From an uncultured Spirochaetales bacterium (GTDB lineage: Bacteria; Spirochaetota; Spirochaetia; Sphaerochaetales; Sphaerochaetaceae), in NCBI GenBank assembly GCA_947305945.1, contig CAMZFA010000001.1:1-40088 (forward strand): 40,088 nucleotides of DNA. Reading direction: 5' to 3'. Each line of letters starts with the position of its first letter. Within the stretch, counting starts at the first letter, position 1. The position numbers were made by a program, and so were the translations under genes. Of the stretch, positions 26,080 to 34,576 are shown piece by piece. Below the pieces are notes generated by a model. The model searched no databases. It saw nothing but the letters and a program-made list of their open reading frames with translations, and was not told the origin of the DNA.

Positions 26080-27897
26080 ATGAAAAAACTCATTTTAACC
26101 GTTCTGCTGCTGTCAATTCTTCTGTCTCCCGTCTTTGCCGAAGACAAGGAACTGGAACTGGCCACGGTTCCTGTAGTTTACGGGGAGGAAGATTTCATAG
26201 CCCGTATACAGCAGCGCTGTCAGGGGCGTGAGCCCGTGGGTCTTGTTCTGACCGGAGGCAGCGCAAGGGCTCTTGCCCACATAGGGGTCCTGCAATATCT
26301 GGAAGAGCATAACATAGTCCCGGATTTCATCATTGCAAACTCAATGGGCTGCATAATTGCCACCTCCTATGCTGCGGGAATGTCCCCGCAGCAGATTCTC
26401 AGAGTCTGTACTTCCGTTGATCTGGGTTCTCTTTTCGATCTTTCCCTTCCTTTCGGAAGAGGTCTTTTGACAACACATGGATTTGAGAGTCTCATGGCCT
26501 CTCTTCTGGGTGAAAATCTTCAACTGGAGGACCTTGAAATACCGGTTATGGTTGTTTCCGAGGACCTTCTGTCAAAGCGTCAGATCAGAATCTGCAGCGG
26601 TGATTTCTACACTGCTTTCACCGCCAGTTATGCCTTGCCTGTGTTCTTCTCACCGGTCAGATTTGACAAATACCTTCTGACGGACGGCGGAGTTGCAAAC
26701 ATTGCCCCGCTGAATGCAGCCTATGACTATACTGACAGCAACATTGTCTCAACCACCTTCTACAGCGGAGCGGATACCAATTTAAAAAACCCCATCACCG
26801 TGCTGAACGTTGCCATGGACATTGGCAAGAGACGTGAGGGAATGGAGAACATCCAGGCCCATCCTGATGCAATCTGGATCAGGTGTGATGTTGAGGATTT
26901 CAGTTTCATGGAGTTCTCCGCCGGAGCAAAGATGGCCGAGCACGGGTACAGGTCCGCCTCAGAACATGAGGAGCAGATAAATGCGCTTGCAAAGAAGGGG
27001 GCAGGAGTTTCTGCCTCATTGCTTGAAAAGCGCAGAATCATGGAAGAGAGAATAGATAGAACACTTGAGAACTACAGGGGACAGAAACACCTGACCCTGC
27101 ACAGGAGTGCTTCCTATCCTTCCCTTTGGTTCCTGTCCGATCCGTCAGGCTTTCTTGCCGGCTGGAAGTATGCGGTCAGGTATATTGCTCTTTCCGCCGG
27201 AGCCGGCTTCTCTTACAGCCTCAATTCAAGAAATTCATATATAAAAGCACGCGCAGAGGCTGTGTTTGATTTTTATCCCTTTCCCAAGGCAAAGTTTGAG
27301 GCAAAACTTGCCTATCTGCCATGGAAGGAGTTTGAAGTTTCCGAGCTGTTTGAATATGCCTTCATCACAAGACCCGGGATGAGAGTCAGTGCCGGAGAGC
27401 TTGTTTCATGGAACAATGTTACGGGAAAAGCAGGCGGCCGCATCTATGCGGAGGGAGACTTCTCATTTGCACAGACGGGAGAACTTGAACCTTACGCCGC
27501 CTTTGTATTCAAGGGTGAAGATACCGGTTTTGCGGCTTCTGCCTCATACAGCATGAACTTCCCGGGAACGGTCTTCGGTTTCTCCGTCAGCGGCGGGACG
27601 GAAAAGAACTTTGACTCGGGAAACTATACTCTGAATGCCGGAGGAATGCTCTTTTGGCGTGATCCGGAATTTGAAACATCCTTTGCGGAAACCCTCCTGA
27701 TGACAGACGTGCGCTGCGGAGTTTTTGCCGACTACACATATGAGAAAGACACAAGCGGTACGGATCTGATCCTGGGCATCTTTGCAACTGCGGACACAGA
27801 CCTGCTGGGCCTTGTAAGTCTGCCTTCCGAAATCAAACTCGGCTGGGATTTTCTGTATGAAAAGTTCTATTTCTCCTTCTCCCTGAACAGAAGGTGA
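26080..27897 (+). CDS. Secreted patatin-like phospholipase with a ~270-aa aromatic/beta-rich C-terminal domain
   Basis: Signal peptide MKKLILTVLLLSILLSPVFA. Oxyanion motif is LTGGSARALAHIG. Nucleophile elbow is ANSMG (A replaces the first G of GxSxG). The Asp dyad motif is TDGGVANI. The GAGGAG ribosome-binding site overlaps the upstream stop codon. Confidence 0.8.
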   Translation: MKKLILTVLLLSILLSPVFAEDKELELATVPVVYGEEDFIARIQQRCQGREPVGLVLTGGSARALAHIGVLQYLEEHNIVPDFIIANSMGCIIATSYAAGMSPQQILRVCTSVDLGSLFDLSLPFGRGLLTTHGFESLMASLLGENLQLEDLEIPVMVVSEDLLSKRQIRICSGDFYTAFTASYALPVFFSPVRFDKYLLTDGGVANIAPLNAAYDYTDSNIVSTTFYSGADTNLKNPITVLNVAMDIGKRREGMENIQAHPDAIWIRCDVEDFSFMEFSAGAKMAEHGYRSASEHEEQINALAKKGAGVSASLLEKRRIMEERIDRTLENYRGQKHLTLHRSASYPSLWFLSDPSGFLAGWKYAVRYIALSAGAGFSYSLNSRNSYIKARAEAVFDFYPFPKAKFEAKLAYLPWKEFEVSELFEYAFITRPGMRVSAGELVSWNNVTGKAGGRIYAEGDFSFAQTGELEPYAAFVFKGEDTGFAASASYSMNFPGTVFGFSVSGGTEKNFDSGNYTLNAGGMLFWRDPEFETSFAETLLMTDVRCGVFADYTYEKDTSGTDLILGIFATADTDLLGLVSLPSEIKLGWDFLYEKFYFSFSLNRR

Positions 27898-27906
27898 GTT
27901 TTTCTG

Positions 27907-27935
27907 TTGACCCATAATCCTTAATGAAATACAAT
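27907..27935 (+). promoter_or_regulatory. Strong sigma70-type promoter: TTGACC-17-TACAAT
   Basis: TTGACC (27907-27912), a 17-nt spacer, TACAAT (27930-27935). About 45 nt of leader follows, with GGGAGGG before the ATG at 27981. Confidence 0.55.
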
Positions 27936-27980
27936 GGCCCTTGGTTGTGTTTTCAAAAACAAGACCAGGGAGGGTTCTCC

Positions 27981-29051
27981 ATGAAGAAGATATCGGCAAT
28001 TGTTGCCGTGTTTATGCTTTGTTGCAGTGTTTTGGTTGCACAGGGTGCCGTTGAACGTGAGGCACAGCTGAATAAAACCGTGCAGTTCACGGATTCCTGC
28101 GGAAGGACCGTTGAGCTTCCGGCAAAGATTACAAAGGTTGCTCCCTCCGGCATTGTTTCCTCCATGATGTTCTCATGCATTGCGCCGGAGTATATGTGCA
28201 ACATGAATTCAAAACTTTCTGATGCGCAGGCCGAATATCTTCCCCAAATCCTTAAGGATCTTCCCGCAACAGGCCAGCTTTACGGAAGCAAGGCCATAAT
28301 AAACTACGAGGAGCTGATTGCTACCGGAGCACAGGTTCTGGTGGACCTGGGAGATTACAAAAAGGGAATAGCGGAGGACCTTGATGCACTCCAGGCTCAG
28401 ATTGGAATTCCCTGTATCTTCATTGAGGCAGATCTTTCACATATGGCCGCTGCGTTCAGAACCCTGGGTTCGATTCTTGACGGAAAGCAGGCAAGGGGCG
28501 ATGAACTTGCCGCTCTGATTGAAGAAGCAATGAAGACCGCTGCGGAGGGCAGTGCGAAAATAAAGGAAGATGAAAGAGTGTCCGTCATGTTCTCCTCTCT
28601 GTCAAAAGGTCTGGGAACAAACGCCAAAGGCTCAAGCCAGGCACAGGTCCTTGAACTTGTGGGCGCCGAAAACGCAATTGTGGTTGAAAAGGTAACTTCA
28701 AAGGGCGGCGGAAACCTTGTGAGCATTGAACAGGTCTATGCCGCAGATCCGGATGTGATCATCTTCTCGGAGAAGGAAGTCTATGAAAGCGCTACCGCCG
28801 ATCCTGCGTGGAGGGAACTCAGGGCAATCAGAGAGGGCAGATATTACCTTGTCCCCACGGACCCTTACAACTGGCTTTCAAACCCGCCTTCACTGAACAT
28901 GGTCCTGGGTATCTACTGGCTGGGAAATCTTCTCTATCCTCAGTATTATGATTATGACATTGCCTTGCAGGTGCAGAAAATCTACAAGGTCTTCTGGAAC
29001 TGTGACCTTTCCGCATCTCAGACAGAGGCATTACTCAAGGGAGCAAGATAA
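27981..29051 (+). CDS. ABC transporter substrate-binding lipoprotein, Peripla_BP_2 (FecB/BtuF/FhuD) class
   Basis: Signal/lipobox-like MKKISAIVAVFMLCCS. The overall pattern fits a class III substrate-binding protein (...KVAPSG..., ...ADPDVIIFSE...). It is followed by a FecCD permease. Confidence 0.8.
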   Translation: MKKISAIVAVFMLCCSVLVAQGAVEREAQLNKTVQFTDSCGRTVELPAKITKVAPSGIVSSMMFSCIAPEYMCNMNSKLSDAQAEYLPQILKDLPATGQLYGSKAIINYEELIATGAQVLVDLGDYKKGIAEDLDALQAQIGIPCIFIEADLSHMAAAFRTLGSILDGKQARGDELAALIEEAMKTAAEGSAKIKEDERVSVMFSSLSKGLGTNAKGSSQAQVLELVGAENAIVVEKVTSKGGGNLVSIEQVYAADPDVIIFSEKEVYESATADPAWRELRAIREGRYYLVPTDPYNWLSNPPSLNMVLGIYWLGNLLYPQYYDYDIALQVQKIYKVFWNCDLSASQTEALLKGAR

Positions 29052-29056
29052 GACTC

Positions 29057-30100
29057 ATGAAAGACAGGGCTGCATACGGCTTCAAAATGACAATACTCTC
29101 AGTATGTTTTCTTGCCGTGTTCTTTCTGTCTTTTTTCCTGGGAAGATATGATCTGGACTTTCCCGCCGTGGTCAGAATCCTTACGGACAGGCTCATAAGG
29201 TTCCTGAGTTTCGGAAAACTGGGCCTTGTCCCCAGCTGGACAGGCGCACAGCAGGCAATAGTAGTTAACATACGCCTTCCCAGAATACTGGCGGCCGTTC
29301 TCATAGGGGCGGCCCTCTCTGTGGCCGGAGCATCCTATCAGGGCATGTTCAGAAACCCCATGGTGAGCCCTGACCTTCTGGGCGCCTCAACCGGTGCCGG
29401 ATTCGGAGCAGCCCTTGCCATTCTTCTGGGTTTTTCCTACACGGGAATAACCCTTTCATCATTCATTTTCGGCCTTTCAGCCGTCCTGCTTGCATATATA
29501 GTCTCAAAAGCCAGCCGGATACAGACCACCCTTGCAATGGTCCTGGCCGGTGTGATGGTCAGCTCCCTGTTCTCCGCAGGCACAAGTTTTGTCAAACTTG
29601 TTGCCGATACGGACAGTCAGCTTCCCGCCATTACCTACTGGCTCATGGGCTCTTTATCCTCAATCAAGGCAAAGGATGTTGAATTTGCGGCAATTCCCGT
29701 GCTGCTGGGCCTTGTTCCCATAGTCCTGCTGCGCTGGAGAATAAACCTGCTCACTGTTTCCGAGGCAGAGGCAAAGAGCATGGGAATTGAGACCGGAAAA
29801 CTCAGACTTCTGGTCATAATCTGCGCAACACTCATGACAAGTGCCGCTATATCCGTAAGCGGAATGATAGGATGGGTGGGACTTGCCGTACCGCACTTCT
29901 GCCGTCTTATCTTCGGGCAGGATTACAGACGCCTCATTCCATCTTCCGCCCTCATGGGAGCGCTGTTTCTTCTGCTTACGGACAACATTGCCAGAACAGT
30001 TGCAACATCCGAGATCCCGCTGGGAATCCTCACAGCCTTCATAGGCGCACCGGTGTTCCTCTATCTCATAATCACGGGAGGCAGTGAGAAAAATGATTAA
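29057..30100 (+). CDS. ABC transporter permease, FecCD/BtuC family
   Basis: 347 aa. Motifs NIRLPRILAAVLIGAALSVAGASYQGMFRNPMVSPDLLG and IPLGILTAFIGAPVFLYLI are present. Confidence 0.9.
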   Translation: MKDRAAYGFKMTILSVCFLAVFFLSFFLGRYDLDFPAVVRILTDRLIRFLSFGKLGLVPSWTGAQQAIVVNIRLPRILAAVLIGAALSVAGASYQGMFRNPMVSPDLLGASTGAGFGAALAILLGFSYTGITLSSFIFGLSAVLLAYIVSKASRIQTTLAMVLAGVMVSSLFSAGTSFVKLVADTDSQLPAITYWLMGSLSSIKAKDVEFAAIPVLLGLVPIVLLRWRINLLTVSEAEAKSMGIETGKLRLLVIICATLMTSAAISVSGMIGWVGLAVPHFCRLIFGQDYRRLIPSSALMGALFLLLTDNIARTVATSEIPLGILTAFIGAPVFLYLIITGGSEKND

Positions 30101-30869
30101 AACAGACAAACTCTGTTTTTCCTACTCCTCCAATGCAGTTCTCAGGGATGTGGATTTTCAGGCTCCGGAAGGAGTACTTGTCTCCGTTCTGGGTCCCAAC
30201 GGTGTGGGAAAGACCACGTTCTTCCGTTGCCTCCTGGGTTTTCTCAGGCCTACATCGGGAAGTGTGGAAATAAACGGAAAAGACGTTTGTGCATACACCA
30301 AACGCCAATTATCAAAGCAGATTGCATACATTCCGCAGAGCTACAACCCTGTCTTCAACCACACGGTAATGGACAGCGTGCTCATGGGGCTTACATCTTC
30401 ACTGGGCTTGTTCGAGCAGCCGGGAAAGACGGAGGAGGAAAAAGCCCTGAAGGCACTGGAAGAACTGGGAATTGCAGAACTTGCCGGCAGGGGAAGCATG
30501 AAGATTTCCGGCGGAGAACGCCAGCTCATGCTCATAGCCCGTGCCCTGGTCCAGGATGCAAAAATCCTGATCATGGATGAGCCTACGGCCAATCTGGACT
30601 ACGGCAACAGCTACCGCGTCATGCAGAAAATATCATGCCTCCGTGAGGACGGATACACCGTAATCTTTTCAACTCATAATCCCGATCAGGCCCTGCGCTG
30701 GGCAGACAGGGTTTTTGCCCTCAGTGACGGACAGGTCCTTGCGGACGGGCCTGCGGACAGCGCAATAAATGAACAAGTGCTGAAAAAACTTTACAGCGTT
30801 GACGTTGCGGTAAATACTGTCAGAGCGGGTAATGACCAATACAGGGTCTGTACCCCGTTCGGAGAGTAA
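30093..30869 (+). CDS. ABC transporter ATP-binding protein, FecE/BtuD-like
   Basis: Walker A GPNGVGKTT, signature ISGGERQ, Walker B ILIMDEPTANLD. The ATG at 30093 overlaps the permease stop by 8 nt. Confidence 0.9.
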   Translation: MIKTDKLCFSYSSNAVLRDVDFQAPEGVLVSVLGPNGVGKTTFFRCLLGFLRPTSGSVEINGKDVCAYTKRQLSKQIAYIPQSYNPVFNHTVMDSVLMGLTSSLGLFEQPGKTEEEKALKALEELGIAELAGRGSMKISGGERQLMLIARALVQDAKILIMDEPTANLDYGNSYRVMQKISCLREDGYTVIFSTHNPDQALRWADRVFALSDGQVLADGPADSAINEQVLKKLYSVDVAVNTVRAGNDQYRVCTPFGE

Positions 30870-30870
30870 A

Positions 30871-31599
30871 ATGCACAGAATGTCGGAATGGAATGCCTCA
30901 ATGATTGCCTTCATGGACGATGCGTCCTCATACGGTGATTATTTTGCCGCCCTTTCCGCCGCCCTTTCCCCGTATATAGGCAAGGATATGGCAGTCTGCG
31001 ATGCAGGCTGCGGAATAGGACAGCTGAGTTTTGCCCTCTCTCCATATGCGCAAAGCGTAACGGGAATTGACAGGTCCGAGGACGCCGTAAGGTTCTGTGA
31101 AAAGAAAAAACGCATTTCATATGTCTCCAACGTAAGTTTTGAATGCAAAGACCTTCTCAACATGCCCCGGAAAACGCAATTTGACGTGATGGTCTTCAAC
31201 TACTTCGGCCGTATGGAGCAGATTGTGGAAATTGCCCGCAGACACTGCAGGAAAAGGGTGATAGTGATCAAGAAGAACTATACTCAACACAGGTTCTCCA
31301 TAGGGAAGAATCCCATTTCCGGGCAGGAACTGTACGGAGCGGATGAATGTCTGGAACGTGAAAAAATTGCACACACCGGGGATTTGTTTTCACATGAATT
31401 CGGCCAGCCTTTCAGAAGTCTTGAAGATGCGGTGAAGTTTTTCGGTATATACAGCAGGGATGAAGACAGAAGCATTATAAACACTGAAAATGTGCAATCC
31501 AGACTTGTAAAAACCAATAATCCGGTTTTCCCCTGGTATCTTCCCCATGTCCGGGAGAGCAGGATTTACATAATTGAAATGAAGGAGATTCTCAAATGA
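30871..31599 (+). CDS. Class I SAM-dependent methyltransferase, substrate unknown
   Basis: Motif I is VCDAGCGIGQLSFAL. The ATG at 30871 is 1 nt after the ATPase stop, with GGAGAG upstream. Confidence 0.7.
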   Translation: MHRMSEWNASMIAFMDDASSYGDYFAALSAALSPYIGKDMAVCDAGCGIGQLSFALSPYAQSVTGIDRSEDAVRFCEKKKRISYVSNVSFECKDLLNMPRKTQFDVMVFNYFGRMEQIVEIARRHCRKRVIVIKKNYTQHRFSIGKNPISGQELYGADECLEREKIAHTGDLFSHEFGQPFRSLEDAVKFFGIYSRDEDRSIINTENVQSRLVKTNNPVFPWYLPHVRESRIYIIEMKEILK

Positions 31600-32420
31600 C
31601 GGAAGTACATTCCCAGACACTTAAGACCCTCATGCACGGCAGTGCCGCCGTTATCTGTGAAATAGTGGAAGCAAAGGGCTCTTCCCCGCGTAAAACCGGA
31701 GCACAGATGCTTGTGGACAACAGCGGCAGAACATGGGGCTCGGTAGGCGGCGGGGCCCTTGAGAACCTCTGTATAAAGAAAGCTCTGGAGCTGCATAAAA
31801 CAAAACAGGGCTATGTTCAGGAATTTGATCTTGCATCCGCCCTTGAGGACGGCTCGTCCATGATCTGCGGAGGGGATGTGACAATAGAATTCACATATCT
31901 GGATACTCAGGATGCCGTTTCCGCATATTTCGGAGAGGAGGAAAAGCCCATAAAGGTATACCTCTTTGGAGGCGGCCATGTAGGCACCGAGCTTGTTCCG
32001 GTTCTTGAGCACCTGCGCTTTGATGTCATTGTCCTTGACGACAGGCCGGAATTCGCTTCTGCAGATAGGCATCCGAAGGCAGGGCAGTGCATTCTCTGTG
32101 ACTATGAAAACATTGAAAAATACGTTTCCATACAGCCTGAGGACTATGTTGCGGTAATGACCCACGGTCACAAGAATGACAGGAATGTGCTTTTACAGTG
32201 CATGAGAAAGCACCCTTCTTACATAGGCTGCATTGGAAGCAGGAATAAGGTTGCCGCCACCCATCAGTTCCTCAGGGAAAACGGAATTACGCAGGAAGAT
32301 ATAGACAGGCTGCATTCACCCATAGGCATAGACCTTCTGGGTGACACTCCCGAGGAGATTGCAATAAGCATTGCGGCTCAGCTGATAAGGCATCGCGCAG
32401 AAAATGCGCGGAAAGCCTGA
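31596..32420 (+). CDS. XdhC/CoxI-family molybdenum cofactor insertion chaperone
   Basis: 274 aa. The N-terminal XdhC_CoxI region is AAVICEIVEAKGSSPRKTGAQMLV...GSVGGGALE. The Rossmann-like C-terminal region is VYLFGGGHVG. ATGA overlap with the methyltransferase gene. Confidence 0.8.
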   Translation: MTEVHSQTLKTLMHGSAAVICEIVEAKGSSPRKTGAQMLVDNSGRTWGSVGGGALENLCIKKALELHKTKQGYVQEFDLASALEDGSSMICGGDVTIEFTYLDTQDAVSAYFGEEEKPIKVYLFGGGHVGTELVPVLEHLRFDVIVLDDRPEFASADRHPKAGQCILCDYENIEKYVSIQPEDYVAVMTHGHKNDRNVLLQCMRKHPSYIGCIGSRNKVAATHQFLRENGITQEDIDRLHSPIGIDLLGDTPEEIAISIAAQLIRHRAENARKA

Positions 32421-32427
32421 AGGAGCA

Positions 32428-33627
32428 TTACCTTACCGTGGCCAGACCTCCGCGTGAGGTTTCCTTGAAGATATAGGGCAGGGCCTCTCCGGTTTCCATC
32501 ATGACCGAGACAACATTGTCAAAAGTGACGCGGTGTCTGCCGTCCGAGAGGAGGGCGTATGTTGCGTGGTTCAGTGCGCGCATTGTTGCAAGGGCGTTGC
32601 GTTCAATACACGGAATCTGGACAAGGCCCATGACGGGATCACAGGTAAGGCCGAGGTGGTGTTCAAGGCCCATTTCCGCCGCGTATTCAATCTGGTGGTT
32701 CGAACCGCCCAGAAGGTAGGTTGCCGCGGCACTTGCCATAGCGCAGGCACTTCCTATTTCTCCCTGACAGCCTACCTCTGCACCTGAGATTGAGCCTGTG
32801 GTCTTGATTACGTTTCCCACAAGACCGGCCGTCAGAAGGGCACGCAGAATCTTGACTCTGGGGGTCTTGTAAACCTCCTGGAGGTAGTAGAGAACGCCGG
32901 GAAGCACCCCGCAGGATCCGCAGGTGGGGGCTGTGACTATCTTGCCGGCCGCGGCATTTTCCTCGGAAACGGCAAGTGCGTAGCTCATTGCCTTTGCCGT
33001 GTATCCCAGTGGACCTGCAAAGTCCTTTGCCTGGGTGTAGTAGGAGGAAGCCTTGCGCGGGAATTTAAGGCCGCCGGGAAGAACGCCCTCTGCAACAAGG
33101 CCGCGTTTGACGGCGTTTTCCATTATGGTCCAGATTTCATCCATGTAGTCCAGGATGGATGGGCCTTCATACTTCACGGCAAGTTCCCAGATGTTCATTC
33201 CTTCCTTGTCGCAGTACTTGAGAATCTTGTCCATGTGGGAGAACAGAGAGGGATACACCTCCACCGGTCTGTCGTTGAAATTCTCCTCGGTCAGAATCTT
33301 TCCGCCGCCTACCGAATAGTAGACCATGCTTGCAAGAAGCCTGTTGTCCTTGTCATAGGCACGCAGTTCCAGGGCGTTTGGGTGGAGTTTCTTGATCACA
33401 TCCGGACTCCAGATTATCTGAAGAGGCCTGTCCTCAAAAACCGACTGAATGGCATAGTCCGTCATGTGGCCCTTGCCGGTTGCGGCAAGAGAGCCGAAAA
33501 GCTCACACTCAAAGTGATGAGCATCCTCGTGTTTGGGAAGAAAATCCTTGGCGGCCTTCCTGGGTCCCATGGTGTGACTGCTGGAGGGGCCGTGCCCGTA
33601 CCTGTAAAGTTCTCTCAAAGATTCCAT
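32428..33627 (-). CDS. sdaA: L-serine ammonia-lyase (iron-sulfur dependent), compact single-chain form
   Basis: 399 aa. Motifs YRYGHGPSSSHTMGPRKAA, APTCGSCGVLPG and GAEVGCQGEIGSACAMA are present. Confidence 0.85.
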   Translation of the reverse strand: MESLRELYRYGHGPSSSHTMGPRKAAKDFLPKHEDAHHFECELFGSLAATGKGHMTDYAIQSVFEDRPLQIIWSPDVIKKLHPNALELRAYDKDNRLLASMVYYSVGGGKILTEENFNDRPVEVYPSLFSHMDKILKYCDKEGMNIWELAVKYEGPSILDYMDEIWTIMENAVKRGLVAEGVLPGGLKFPRKASSYYTQAKDFAGPLGYTAKAMSYALAVSEENAAAGKIVTAPTCGSCGVLPGVLYYLQEVYKTPRVKILRALLTAGLVGNVIKTTGSISGAEVGCQGEIGSACAMASAAATYLLGGSNHQIEYAAEMGLEHHLGLTCDPVMGLVQIPCIERNALATMRALNHATYALLSDGRHRVTFDNVVSVMMETGEALPYIFKETSRGGLATVR

Positions 33628-33654
33628 ACCTACACTCTAATACAAAAAGGGCGT

Positions 33655-34419
33655 TCAGGTAAGTCCGGAAATGAGGGCTGGCCTCTCGTATTTGAACACC
33701 CCGTCCCGTGAAACCACAATCCTTATCTCAAGGTTCCGGTTCACACACAGGTATCTGTGAACCCCCAGTGCCAGTTCAAGATCCGGAGCCACACCGTCCG
33801 AGAGGACTGACAGGGCATTCTCATGAACACTCTCGCTTTCCCATATGCCGGGGTAGAACAGAAGGTCCTTGACCAGAACTTTTTCAAGCACACGGAAGCT
33901 TTTTTCAGAGAGTTTTCCGTTGAGGATATCAGTAACCAGAATATCGGAATCCAGCAGCCTGAAATCCGGTGTGCTTTCCGCAGCATATTTCTCAAGTTTC
34001 TCAAAATTCACCGAGCAGGCTATGCGGCCGTCAATTCCCAGAAGCAGGTCTGCAAGAAAACCGCTGTCCTGATTCAGGACAACGCCTGCCCCTGCGCTCT
34101 CCGGCCTTATCAGTGCACCGAAGGGAATCATATCATCCATAGGATAGGCACAGACAATCAGATTTGCCCCCAGAGGCACCTCAAATTCAACATTTCTGGT
34201 TTTGTTGTCAACAAAAACAGTTCCGCCTCCGCTGCCGTATGTCCATCTGACACTGTACCACAGTTTCTCCACGCCCTCCGTTTCCCACGGGTGCCCGGGA
34301 ATGACAATGCTCACGGTTCTCACCGGTTCAGTTCCCCTGCAACCGGTCATTACCCCAAGGCCTGCAAGACACAGAAGGCAGAGCAGGAAAGACCTGAGTC
34401 TGAAATTAAAGTTCTTCAT
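33655..34419 (-). CDS. Lipoprotein of unknown function
   Basis: The ATG at 34419 gives MKNFNFRLRSFLLCLLCLAGLGVMTGC (signal peptide plus lipobox Cys). I recognise no domain. Confidence 0.55.
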   Translation of the reverse strand: MKNFNFRLRSFLLCLLCLAGLGVMTGCRGTEPVRTVSIVIPGHPWETEGVEKLWYSVRWTYGSGGGTVFVDNKTRNVEFEVPLGANLIVCAYPMDDMIPFGALIRPESAGAGVVLNQDSGFLADLLLGIDGRIACSVNFEKLEKYAAESTPDFRLLDSDILVTDILNGKLSEKSFRVLEKVLVKDLLFYPGIWESESVHENALSVLSDGVAPDLELALGVHRYLCVNRNLEIRIVVSRDGVFKYERPALISGLT

Positions 34420-34576
34420 ACCCTGCTTATGTCGTTTCGCAGGATTTTTCTCCCCACTTTTTCTGCTGAAAAACACGGGAAAAAACAGAAAAATTCCGGG
34501 GCCCGTAGGGCATGAAACCTCGCGTTACACAATAGGTAGTGGTATTTTGATTGTTTATTTGTTATTATTTACAAAT

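Noticed and set aside
27936-27980. A cobalamin or other riboswitch upstream of the BtuF/FecB-like binding protein gene.
   Set aside because: Only about 45 nt lie between the predicted -10 element and the ATG. That is far too short for a B12 riboswitch, and no conserved B12-box-like sequence is visible.
34202-34576. A 125-codon upstream extension of the parE ORF.
   Set aside because: It overlaps the divergent lipoprotein gene and the AT-rich intergenic region. GyrB/ParE homology starts at MATIREKP (34577). I could not place a convincing promoter for this start. TTGATT-17-TACAAA ends only 1 nt before the ATG, so I made no promoter call.
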